Source of the DNA: Candidatus Hadarchaeota archaeon
Lineage (GTDB): Archaea; CAYQAE01; CAYVLA01
DNA length: 35,304 nt
Assembly: GCA_964452145.1 (NCBI GenBank)
Contig: CAYVLA010000024.1
Coordinates: 1-35,304 of the forward strand
Direction: 5' to 3'
Below the pieces are notes generated by a model. The model was not told the origin of the DNA. It ran no database searches and saw only the letters and a program-made list of their open reading frames with translations. This document shows, one piece after another, positions 1-8,674 of this stretch; positions within the stretch are counted from its first letter, which is position 1; every line of letters begins with the position of its first letter. The position numbers and the translations under genes were made by a program.

Positions 1-402
1 GCGCAAGGCTTGCGGATCTTCATCCCGCTCAACGGATGCACCCCTTCTCCCCAATCCCCGGAGAGATCAGCGTTTTCCTAGGATGGAGCCAATCTCGAGC
101 GAAGAGAGTGGAGACCTAGAGAGGGTCAAGGGACCAAAGGCATGCTGGAGGCGATGCGGCCGGGGGCCTGGATGCTGGCGCCGGGCGAGGCGCGTTGCGG
201 GTTGTTCGGCGCGGAGCGTCCTCTGGCCTACGTGCTCTCACCCCAGCTGCAGGACGCTGAGGCAAGAACGCGGCTGGAGAGGTTGCGCAGCCTTCTCTGC
301 GAAGAGCTGAAAGATCCAATCGATCGAGCCGGGGCATACACGTCATGGTTTTCGAAACGAAGAGTGGATGCAGATGGGATAGGATTCGCTCTGTGTAGTG
401 AA

Positions 403-518
403 CGGGCCCGTGGGGATTCGAACCCCAGGCCTTTCCCCGAAGGTGACTGCCTTCAATGGGTTAAGAGCCCATCGCTGTTGGTTCCACGGCTGGAACTACC
501 AGACTAAGCTACGGGCCC
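403..518 (-). tRNA. tRNA-Lys(CUU) with two non-canonical introns (477-495 at position 22/23; 433-455 at position 43/44); CCA not encoded
   Basis: Removing both inserts from the reverse complement gives a perfect 74-nt cloverleaf: GGGCCCG UA GCUU AGUCUGGUA GAGC G AUGGG CU-CUU-AA CCCAU AGGCC UGGGG UUCGAAU CCCCA CGGGCCC G. The anticodon is at 463-465. Both inserts are bounded by BHB-like motifs. Confidence 0.95.
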
Positions 519-543
519 GAGAGGGCTTGGGTCCCAGAAAACC

Positions 544-550
544 TTATATA
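544..550 (-). promoter_or_regulatory. TATA box of the tRNA-Lys gene
   Basis: TATATAA on the minus strand, about 26 nt upstream of the mature tRNA 5' end (518). Confidence 0.7.
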
Positions 551-617
551 TGTTATCCGCGGCGCCCCGGCGGCTCAGGACACATCCTCTGGGCCAAATA
601 GAGCAACTGTCGGCCTG

Positions 618-1057
618 CTATTCGTGGAAAGCGGCCCTCCAGACTTCGTCCTTGCCGTAGTCGAAGGACGCCGTGCGCTTGGGGGTTACCACGATCTTGA
701 TCCAATGGGATATCTTCAGGATCTTCTCAGCCGCCCTTCGTGCCTGTTCCTTGAGAACGTACTTCTCTAAAACCTTTGTGGCGAATGCGACTTGGTCTGG
801 GATCTCAACGATTTCTGCCTCCCCGTAAACGAGCAAGCCCCGGTCGGCGGCCCTTCCACATCGACAAGGATGCTTACGTTGGGGTTCCCCATTGCGTTTC
901 TGGCCTTGCGGCTTGCCTTGGGAGTTGCGATCAGAGTCGAGCCTTCCTCGTGAAGGAACCATACCGGGGCCGCGTGTATCGTCCCATCCTGGTTGAAGCT
1001 GCAGAATCTCGCGATCTTTGCCTTACTAAGCAGCTCTTCGGATTCCTCTGAGGTCAA
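618..1057 (-). pseudogene. Pyridoxamine 5'-phosphate oxidase-like (FMN/F420 split-barrel) protein, frameshifted near 838-844
   Basis: The N-half (ORF 767..1057) has DGTIHAAPVWF...SRKARN...NPNVSILVD. The C-half (ORF 618..962) continues RGLLVYGEAEIV...VTPKRTASFDYGK. One added base at ACC-GGGG joins them. Confidence 0.75.
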
Positions 1058-1121
1058 ATGCGGCGATTGTGTGTATAAACCAGCTGGCCCACTAATTAAT
1101 ACGGACTTCGCGGCCTCGAAT

Positions 1122-1913
1122 TTAGCCTTTTCTCAGGGAACTCGGATCCGATCGTCCGCGATCCATGATCAACGCCTCCAGCGCCTCGGATTCTGCGAAG
1201 TGAAGCTTGCCGGGGATGACGACACAGTGCGGAGGCGGACCGAAGTCCGTGCCCACAAGATCCTGAATCGTGGCCGCTTTCACTAGCTGGTCCGGAAGCG
1301 AAACCCTCGCAAGGCCTATGGCCAAAGTGTCATCGCCCAGCAGGCCCAACCCTTTCTGCCGCTCGACTTCCAGAAGGGAACGGAGCGCTTCGGGGATCGA
1401 CATGAACCTTTCTCGCTCAGAGTCGATGTCCAAAAGGAACAGAGTATGGAGGCCCCTGGACATGTTGTCGCTGAGAACATCGTAGGGCTGGGCCGAAGGG
1501 AGGTAGGATATCGTCGCAAACCTGCCGAACCTGGTGGCGGTCAGGCAGCTTTCGCCCATGGCCGCAGAGAATATGGATGAGCAATGCACTATTCCGCTAG
1601 TGTGTCCCGCCCGCGATGCTTGAACGCGAAGGGAAATATGGGTGGTGGAGATCATCGGATCTCCAGGGACCAGAAGGGCCACGTTTCCGGACGAGAGAGC
1701 GTTGATGATCGGGGAGCCATCCTCGACCATCTGCCTTCCCAAGATCTCGACCTTGCGTCCGAAGGTCCTCTGCAAATCAGCAATATCAAGTCCAGGGACC
1801 AGGCTCGTGTACGTTTCGCAGAAGAGCCGATTACAATTTCTCACAGCCTCCGATGCCGATCTGGAGATATCACCGGGGCTCAGGCCGATCCCCACAAGAT
1901 ACAGACGCCCCAT
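1122..1913 (-). CDS. dph5: Diphthine synthase (diphthamide methyltransferase)
   Basis: Motifs LYLVGIGL, ETYTS, ALLVPGDPMISTTH, GLHTLFLLD, DFGPPPHCVVIPGKLHFAESEAL. Start placed at the ATG of MGRLYLVG. Confidence 0.93.
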   Translation of the reverse strand: MGRLYLVGIGLSPGDISRSASEAVRNCNRLFCETYTSLVPGLDIADLQRTFGRKVEILGRQMVEDGSPIINALSSGNVALLVPGDPMISTTHISLRVQASRAGHTSGIVHCSSIFSAAMGESCLTATRFGRFATISYLPSAQPYDVLSDNMSRGLHTLFLLDIDSERERFMSIPEALRSLLEVERQKGLGLLGDDTLAIGLARVSLPDQLVKAATIQDLVGTDFGPPPHCVVIPGKLHFAESEALEALIMDRGRSDPSSLRKG

Positions 1914-1982
1914 TGGACCATCTTCCCCCAGTTGGAAGATATATCTATTCGGCCGGCGTTCGTCCACCTAGGTAACAGTCCC

Positions 1983-2402
1983 TTGACCTACCGCTACCTT
2001 GAGCACACAGCCGACATCGGAGTCGAGGTAGTCGCTCCGACTTGCGCTCAAGCCTTCTCGGAGGCCGGGCTGGCCCTCTTTGGGATAATGACCGATTCCT
2101 CTAAGGTCGCGCCGGATGAATCGGTTGAAATCTCGGCGTCCGGGGAGGACATTATGGCCCTTCTCTATGAATGGCTGGAGGAGCTGATCTACATATTCGA
2201 CACCTCCGGAATGATCTTGGTGAGGATCGAGATCAAGGGGTTCGACAGGGATCCGCCGCGGATACAGGCCGTGGGGTTCGGTCAGCGGTTCGACCCGAGA
2301 ATTCACGAATCAAGAACCGGCGTCAAGGCCATCACATACCACCGCATGGCGGTCGAGACGACCGAGAAGGGATGTGTTTTAAGGTACTTCGTCGATATAT
2401 GA
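1983..2402 (+). CDS. Archease (RtcB activator)
   Basis: YRYLEHTADIG N-terminus and VKAITYH...RYFVDI C-terminus. The TTG start at 1983 is in frame with ORF 1584..2402. Confidence 0.93.
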   Translation: MTYRYLEHTADIGVEVVAPTCAQAFSEAGLALFGIMTDSSKVAPDESVEISASGEDIMALLYEWLEELIYIFDTSGMILVRIEIKGFDRDPPRIQAVGFGQRFDPRIHESRTGVKAITYHRMAVETTEKGCVLRYFVDI

Positions 2403-2417
2403 AGCCGGAGGCATTCC

Positions 2418-2567
2418 ATGGCAATCGACCCAGTATGCAAAATGAAGGTTGACGAGAAGAAGGCCAAGTTCACAAGCAACTATCAAGGCAGGACGCTCTA
2501 TTTCTGTGCCCCAGGCTGCAAGAAGGCCTTCGAGGCAAGCCCCGACAAATACCTGAAGGCCAAGTAG
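2418..2567 (+). CDS. YHS/TRASH-domain small metal-binding protein (49 aa; below the ORF-track cutoff)
   Basis: Hand translation MAIDPVCKMKVDEKKAKFTSNYQGRTLYFCAPGCKKAFEASPDKYLKAK has DPVC...YFC...C. GGAGG RBS at 2407-2411. Confidence 0.92.
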   Translation: MAIDPVCKMKVDEKKAKFTSNYQGRTLYFCAPGCKKAFEASPDKYLKAK

Positions 2568-2646
2568 GATCAGCCATCCCGACAGCGGTTCCGGCAGCTG
2601 CCACAATCCGCCCAACCCTTCCGAACGAGCGAGGAGGCATGATCCG

Positions 2647-3945
2647 ATGGATACATCAAGCGACAAGAGGATAGTGGCCATAGGAGCAGGAAGCGCAAGC
2701 TTCGGCCGAGGAACCATTGCGGACATAATGGCGTCCCGGGAACTGCGGGATGCCAAGTGCACGGTAGCCCTGATGGACACTGACAAGGAATCCCTTCACA
2801 AGACTGCTCGCTTGGCCGAGCGGATCCGCGACCATCATCACTCACCCGTCAGGATAGAGGAGAGCACGGACATACGCCAGGCACTGGAGGGAGCCGATTT
2901 CGCCATCATCTCGGTTGCCCAGAAGCGTTACGAGCTCTGGGAGCAGGACTTCAGGATTCCTCTGGCCTACGGCTTCCACCATGTTCTCGGGGAGAACGGG
3001 GGCCCGGGCGCACTGTTCCATACCCTGAGGAACTACCGCATCGTACTGCCAATATGCAGGGAGATCGAAGAGACGTGCCCGAATGCCCTGGTTCTCAACT
3101 ATACCAATCCGGAGAGCCGCATCATCATGGCGATGTCCCGCCTCACCAAGGTCCGTGCTGTCGGTCTCTGCCACGGAGTCCTAGGCACCAGGCAAAGGAT
3201 CGCCGAGCTTCTAGGACGCAATCTGGCAGATCTGGACATAGTCATAGGAGGCCTAAACCACTTCTTCTGGGTCCTCAGGGTCCGGGACGTCAGAACCGGG
3301 AAGGACCTCTACCCACTCCTTCGCCGCCGAGCCCGCAGGAGCACGCCCCCCTTGGCAGCCAAGATGATGCAGGTCTTCGGCTACTACACCTTTCCCTCGG
3401 ATGACCACATCGGCGAGTATCTCTCCTTCGCCCACGACTTCGCCAGACCACTCTGGCCCTACGGCAGGGAGAGCAGTGCAGTCCCACGGCTGGAATTGCC
3501 CCGGCCTGACTGGCGGGATGCATACCTTTCCGGCGAACGCCCCGTTGACGACAACCTCGTGAGACCCTCCGGGGAGATAGCGATCAGGATTATTGAGGAC
3601 ATCGTCAAGAACACGGGTAGATGGGAACCGGCCGTGAACGTTCCTAACTCCGGGGGCTATGTCGAGAACCTCCCCTCAGATGCTGTGGTCGAGGTCCCAG
3701 CGGTCGTGGATGCAGAGGGCGTCCATCCGCGATGCGTCGGGCCCCTCCCGGAGGCCTTGGCTTCGCTGTGCAGAACCCAAGTGTCAATCCAGAAGCTCAT
3801 CGTTGAGGCGTATCGGACCGGATCCAAGAACCTGCTTCTTCAGGCGCTTCTGCTGGACCCGGTGGTAGACAGCGCGGAGAGAGCCGAGAGGATGCTGGAC
3901 CACATGCTAAAGCTCCAGAAGGACTATCTCCCCTCTTTCACCTGA
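2647..3945 (+). CDS. NAD+/Mn-dependent glycoside hydrolase family 4 (alpha-galactosidase/alpha-glucosidase-like)
   Basis: IGAGSASF Rossmann motif, GENGGPG, NYTNP, GLCH, GLNHF, ALLLDP. Confidence 0.92.
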   Translation: MDTSSDKRIVAIGAGSASFGRGTIADIMASRELRDAKCTVALMDTDKESLHKTARLAERIRDHHHSPVRIEESTDIRQALEGADFAIISVAQKRYELWEQDFRIPLAYGFHHVLGENGGPGALFHTLRNYRIVLPICREIEETCPNALVLNYTNPESRIIMAMSRLTKVRAVGLCHGVLGTRQRIAELLGRNLADLDIVIGGLNHFFWVLRVRDVRTGKDLYPLLRRRARRSTPPLAAKMMQVFGYYTFPSDDHIGEYLSFAHDFARPLWPYGRESSAVPRLELPRPDWRDAYLSGERPVDDNLVRPSGEIAIRIIEDIVKNTGRWEPAVNVPNSGGYVENLPSDAVVEVPAVVDAEGVHPRCVGPLPEALASLCRTQVSIQKLIVEAYRTGSKNLLLQALLLDPVVDSAERAERMLDHMLKLQKDYLPSFT

Positions 3946-3954
3946 TCGCGGCAC

Positions 3955-5097
3955 TCAGAGCTCGAACTCCTTCAGCTCGGGCAAACCCTTCGGGTTCCTT
4001 GCGCGGGCCCTGATGAGGTAGGCCTCCAGCCAGCCACGGTTCTTGTCGGGGACGGAGGTGCTTCTGATCACCTTTTCATGATCCAGGGAGTTGATCCTGT
4101 CGTTGGCGGCCCTTAAGCCGTCCATGCAGTTCTTCAGGGCCTGCTCGACGGGCATGCGCTCCGGGTTGATGTCGATGCCGATGTATCCCGAATAGCCGTG
4201 CATCTTTAGCACGTAAAGGGCGGCCTCGGTCTGCTCGGGGCCTATCACGCCCACGTTGAGGTCTTGATCGTAGTTGCCCAAGGGCTGGCTGTTCCAGTGA
4301 GTATGGGCAAGCTTGCCGTACTCCATCACTAGGCTGAAGGCATAGGGCAGATCCTCGTAGCCCATCAGGACATGGCCAACCTCGGGGTTCAGGCCAACCA
4401 GGGCGTGGCCTTCCTTCAGGATATTCCTATTCTCCTCGGCCTTCAGCATGGACTCGACCTTCTGGGCCATCAGCATCCCCTCCGGAGTTGTCCCATAGAT
4501 TATCTTGCCTCTCGGTTCGTAGGGCTTGGGCTCCTCCGCGACCCTGACGCCGGGAACGGCATCCATTGCCTCAGCTAGGCCTGAGGCAAATCTGTCGCGC
4601 GCGGCAAGGAAGTCGATCCCGAAAGGATTCTCGTAGCCATCGATCCCGGGCCAGACGATGGCGAAGTCGGTCTTCAGCTCCATGTTCAGCTTGAGGGTCT
4701 TCTTGGTGCGATCGATGGCGGCTTTTCTGGCCTTGGGGAGCGGGGAGGAGAGTGCACCGAACTCGAACTGCCTCTCGTAGAAGAGATTGGGAACGATGGT
4801 GATCAGCCTTATGCCAGAAGCCTTCTCCAGATCCTTGTACAGGTCGATGTTGTCCTCGTTCACCTCGTTGGGATAGTGCGCCTCCAAGCCGGCAAGGCCG
4901 TAGTCGGCGAGATCGCCGGCCTTGTTCAGACGCTCCTCAATCGACAGGTCATCGACGTACCTTTCGTGGAAGCGCCCGCCCCCGGGAGCGAAGAACCAGA
5001 CCCCGGCCGAGAACTTCAGATCCAGCTTGAACTTCTCCAGATGTCTGATCATCTCCTCCGGAGAACGCCGCTTCATCTGATCCCTCAGATCGATCAT
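3955..5097 (-). CDS. Xylose isomerase-like sugar isomerase (TIM barrel)
   Basis: EPKPYEPR, GLNPEVGH and YDQDL motifs match class I xylose isomerases. The substrate is uncertain. Confidence 0.82.
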   Translation of the reverse strand: MIDLRDQMKRRSPEEMIRHLEKFKLDLKFSAGVWFFAPGGGRFHERYVDDLSIEERLNKAGDLADYGLAGLEAHYPNEVNEDNIDLYKDLEKASGIRLITIVPNLFYERQFEFGALSSPLPKARKAAIDRTKKTLKLNMELKTDFAIVWPGIDGYENPFGIDFLAARDRFASGLAEAMDAVPGVRVAEEPKPYEPRGKIIYGTTPEGMLMAQKVESMLKAEENRNILKEGHALVGLNPEVGHVLMGYEDLPYAFSLVMEYGKLAHTHWNSQPLGNYDQDLNVGVIGPEQTEAALYVLKMHGYSGYIGIDINPERMPVEQALKNCMDGLRAANDRINSLDHEKVIRSTSVPDKNRGWLEAYLIRARARNPKGLPELKEFEL

Positions 5098-5202
5098 GGC
5101 GAGACACCGTCAGGGACCATGCATTCCGGTATTTGAATATGTCGCCGCCGCAACCCATCATGTGAGCCGGAGTTGAGGCCGTCGCGACCGGTGGCTTGAC
5201 CG

Positions 5203-6024
5203 TCAGCTCGAACTGCTGGCCAGGTTCTCTCGGAGCCTGCCAAGGAATGAGGGCCAATGGCCCGGGTCGATGAACGGGTTCTGGCCCCGGGGATTCGACT
5301 TCATGGCCTCATACTTCTGGAAGGTTCGCACCTGGCCGGGATGGGCCCCAAGGGGAATGTCCACCTTCATCCCCTGCAGGTAGTCAAGCGACCGTCGGTA
5401 CTCTGCCAGGTCCCCTTCGTATCCCTGGCTTCTGTTCTCCTTCTTGAAGGTCCACTGACCGGGACCGCCGAAGAGACAGGCCGTGAGCCTCTTTCCCCCG
5501 TGTTCGACGGGTATCTCGTAGCTGCAGACGCCCGGAGTGTGTCCCGGGGTGTGGTGGACCCTGACGATCACATCGCCGAGGCGCAGGGTCTCGCCGCCCC
5601 TCAGGACCCTGTCGACCTTGAATGTCTCAAAATCCTCGATGCCGTAGGTGAAGTAGGCGCATGTGAGTTCGCTCCCGGTCTCCACCGTCTGGACATCCCG
5701 ACGGTGAAGCGCCACCGGGGCACCGGTAGCCTGGGCCATTCTTCTTGCGCCCCCGGCATGGTCGACGTGTCCGTGCGTAATCAGTATCAGCTCTATGTCG
5801 CGTTCGTGGAAGCCAAGGCTTCTAATGCTCTCCAGCAGGAGCGGGACGGTTGTAGCGAACCCGGTGTCTATGAGGACGTGCCCCTGGCTCCCGGCGATCA
5901 GATGGCTGCTCACATCCAAGTTGCCAACGTAGTGAATATTGCCTATCATGCGGAATGCCGGAGCCTTGAGATCGTTCGGGTACCTCCACTTTTCGTGCAA
6001 TCCGGCGGGATTCTGTAGACGCAA
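5203..6024 (-). CDS. Metallo-beta-lactamase-fold hydrolase resembling subclass B3 beta-lactamases
   Basis: AFRMIGNIHYVG, LIDTG, THGHVDHAGG (HxHxDH), TPGHTPG, LGAHP, NPFIDP. Confidence 0.85.
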   Translation of the reverse strand: MRLQNPAGLHEKWRYPNDLKAPAFRMIGNIHYVGNLDVSSHLIAGSQGHVLIDTGFATTVPLLLESIRSLGFHERDIELILITHGHVDHAGGARRMAQATGAPVALHRRDVQTVETGSELTCAYFTYGIEDFETFKVDRVLRGGETLRLGDVIVRVHHTPGHTPGVCSYEIPVEHGGKRLTACLFGGPGQWTFKKENRSQGYEGDLAEYRRSLDYLQGMKVDIPLGAHPGQVRTFQKYEAMKSNPRGQNPFIDPGHWPSFLGRLRENLASSSS

Positions 6025-6285
6025 TATGCCACCGGCCAGAGGGCAAGATCCATGTCTTTTTAGATTCTACGTCAAGAGGCCCAGTCGGGTCATAGCCGGG
6101 CCACGGGACTGCGGGCGGAGAGATTCCCGGGGTTCTGGACTAGATGAACCGGCGCATGCCTGCCACAGCTGGGGGATCGAGGCACATCCTGCTTCCGAAC
6201 AAAAGAGTTTTCAAATGCGAAACGGCAGTACCTCTGCCGCCCGCGATCCGAAAGCCTGCCTAAGAGATGATAGGTGGCCTGGGTC

Positions 6286-7731
6286 ATGACACTTGAACTG
6301 AAGAAGATATCGGACCAGCTATACGAGCTCCCCCTCGGTCACAAGGCCGGGATGAGGGTTCCTGGAAGGGTGTATGCTGATGCGATCCTGCTCAGAGGTA
6401 TAGAGCAAGGAACTATCGAGCAGGTCGCAAACGTGGCCTTCCTTCCCGGCATACAGGCCTACTCCCTGGCGATGCCGGACGCCCACCTAGGCTATGGATT
6501 TCCGATCGGCGGGGTCGCGGGACTCGACGTGGAGACCGGAGTGATCAGCCCGGGCGGGATCGGTTACGACATAAACTGCGGTGTAAGACTGCTCAGGACC
6601 GATCTGGAGCGATCGGATGTGGAATCCAAGCTTGAGGCCCTGATCGATGCTGCGTTCAGAAACGTCCCCTCCGGTCTGGGAAGCAAGGGCAAGGTGAGGC
6701 TCGGCCCCAATGAGATAGACCATGTATTGGAGGAAGGCGCCGCCTGGGCAGTGAGGAAAGGATACGGCTGGGATCAGGACACCGAGCGCATGGAGGAGAA
6801 CGGAAGGCTCGATAAGGCGGATGCTTCGAAGGTGAGCGACCGGGCCAAGCAGAGGGGCGTACCCCAGCTCGGGAGCCTGGGGTCCGGGAACCACTTCCTC
6901 GAGATCCAGTACGTGGATCAGATCTACGATCCCGACGCCGCGAAGATCCTCGGCATAGACCGGGAGAACCAGATAACCGCCATGATACACACCGGATCCA
7001 GGGGATGCGGGCACCAGATATGCTCGGACTACCTGAGAACCATGGAATCCGCGACGAGGAAGTACGACATCAGGCTGCCCGACAGGGAACTCGCCTGCGC
7101 CCCTGTTGGCTCACCCGAGGGACAGGCCTATCTTGCGGCGATGTGCGCGGGAGCCAACTACGCGTGGGGCAACAGACAGATGATCACGCACTGGGTGAGG
7201 GAATCCTTCGCCCAGGTCCTGGGTCAGAGCCCGGAGAGCCTTGGTATGGAGCTCATCTACGATGTGGCCCACAACATCGGCAAGATGGAGACCCACTTGG
7301 TAGACGGCAAGAAGATGGAGCTGTGCGTTCACAGAAAGGGTGCGACAAGGAGCTTCGGCCCCGGTAGCGGATCGATCCCGGCCAAGTACTCAGGGATCGG
7401 ACAGCCGGTGATCATCCCAGGAGACATGGGCACGGCCTCCCACCTTCTGGTGGGAACCGAGAGGGCCATGCAGGAAACCTTCGGTTCCACATGTCACGGT
7501 GCGGGCCGAGCCATGAGCAGAGCAGCGGCCAAGCGCAGGTACTATGGCGAGAGGATTCGAAGTGATTTAAGAGCCAAAGGAATCATCATCAAGGCCGCGA
7601 GCATGCCCGTCATAGCAGAGGAGGCACCCGGTGCATACAAGGAGATAGACCGGGTCGTCGAGGTTTGCCACAGGGCGGGCATCAGCAGGAAGGTCGCCAG
7701 GCTGCGACCCCTCGCCGTTGCCAAGGGATAG
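6286..7731 (+). CDS. rtcB: RNA-splicing ligase RtcB
   Basis: [72 protein letters not shown] at 6286 follows AGGTGG. Confidence 0.97.
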   Translation: MTLELKKISDQLYELPLGHKAGMRVPGRVYADAILLRGIEQGTIEQVANVAFLPGIQAYSLAMPDAHLGYGFPIGGVAGLDVETGVISPGGIGYDINCGVRLLRTDLERSDVESKLEALIDAAFRNVPSGLGSKGKVRLGPNEIDHVLEEGAAWAVRKGYGWDQDTERMEENGRLDKADASKVSDRAKQRGVPQLGSLGSGNHFLEIQYVDQIYDPDAAKILGIDRENQITAMIHTGSRGCGHQICSDYLRTMESATRKYDIRLPDRELACAPVGSPEGQAYLAAMCAGANYAWGNRQMITHWVRESFAQVLGQSPESLGMELIYDVAHNIGKMETHLVDGKKMELCVHRKGATRSFGPGSGSIPAKYSGIGQPVIIPGDMGTASHLLVGTERAMQETFGSTCHGAGRAMSRAAAKRRYYGERIRSDLRAKGIIIKAASMPVIAEEAPGAYKEIDRVVEVCHRAGISRKVARLRPLAVAKG

Positions 7732-7753
7732 AGCAACAAGGTCGGGTGGTGTC

Positions 7754-8656
7754 TTGTTCAATTTCTCGACCCAGCAGATCGAGTACGATATCTCGGGAGT
7801 CAAGGTGGGCGGCCAGCCGGGGGTCAACCCCACGGTCGGCATTCCAAGCATCTTCTTCACGGGGCACAGCATCGTAACCGATGAGAAGAGGGGCGTCTTC
7901 AAGGAGAAGTCCGCCGAGAAGCTCATCAATGGCCTGGATGTGATGAAAGACCAGACCGGCATACCCTACATCCTCGATGTTGTGGGCAACTATCCCGAAG
8001 CCTTGGAGCGATACATCGACTGGGTGGCAGCGAAGACCTCGGCACCTTTTCTGGTGGACGGGATCACGGCGGACGTGAGAATCCCGGTGGCGCGTCACTG
8101 CTCGGAGGTGGGCCTGGGCAAGAGGGCCATCTACAACTCGATCTCGCCCGACCACACCAAGGAGGAGGTCGATGCCCTGACGGACACCAAGCTTGAAACC
8201 TGCGTCCTGCTAACCTTCGACAAGAGGGTGATGTCTGCGGCTGGCCGTCTGGGCGTTGTCAAGAACGATCTTCTCCCCCTGGCCGAGAAGATCGGCTTCA
8301 AGCAGTTCCTTGTAGACACCATGGTCCTCGACGTGCCAGGCATCGGAACCGCCAGCAAGGCCTGTTTCCTCGTCAAACAGGAGCTGGGGCTGCCGTCAGG
8401 CTGTGGTGCGAGCAACGCTACAACCCAGTGGGAACGCATCAGAAGCGACCGGGACGTCTACAGATCGGCCCACGTGGCCGCGACGATCTCTTCCGTGGTC
8501 TTGGGGGCAGACTTCGTCATGTACGGTCCCGTGGGTTACGCACCCTGGATCACATGGGCCATCGCGGCCGTGGATGCCTTCGCGGCCTACCAGAACAGGT
8601 GGGAGTATCGCACCAGGCCGGCCGCCGGCCACCCCCTCACCAAGATCTTCAGGTAG
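7754..8656 (+). CDS. mtrH: Tetrahydromethanopterin S-methyltransferase subunit H (MtrH)-family pterin-binding methyltransferase, stand-alone
   Basis: MtrH-type N-terminus (M)FNF..Q....ISGVKVGGQPG.NPTV...SIFF.GH.IV.D...G.F, plus PFLVD, IYNSI, GLPSGCG..N and GADFVMYGP. TTG start at 7754. Confidence 0.85.
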   Translation: MFNFSTQQIEYDISGVKVGGQPGVNPTVGIPSIFFTGHSIVTDEKRGVFKEKSAEKLINGLDVMKDQTGIPYILDVVGNYPEALERYIDWVAAKTSAPFLVDGITADVRIPVARHCSEVGLGKRAIYNSISPDHTKEEVDALTDTKLETCVLLTFDKRVMSAAGRLGVVKNDLLPLAEKIGFKQFLVDTMVLDVPGIGTASKACFLVKQELGLPSGCGASNATTQWERIRSDRDVYRSAHVAATISSVVLGADFVMYGPVGYAPWITWAIAAVDAFAAYQNRWEYRTRPAAGHPLTKIFR

Positions 8657-8674
8657 CATCCAGGAGGGGATGCG

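Noticed and set aside
1..402. ORFs 83..310, 116..346 and 142..507 at the window start
   Set aside because: No recognisable motifs, and 142..507 runs through the tRNA. A truncated or degraded gene cannot be excluded.
1584..1982. N-terminal extension of the archease ORF
   Set aside because: It overlaps dph5 on the opposite strand. Archease homology starts at 1983.
403..6024. Integrated mobile element at the tRNA
   Set aside because: No integrase, transposase or duplicated tRNA 3' end is visible. The tRNA 3' side faces the window edge, so an element beyond position 1 cannot be assessed.
7754..8656. Evidence of methanogenesis from mtrH
   Set aside because: MtrH-family genes occur alone in many non-methanogens, and there are no mtrA-G or mcr genes in the window.
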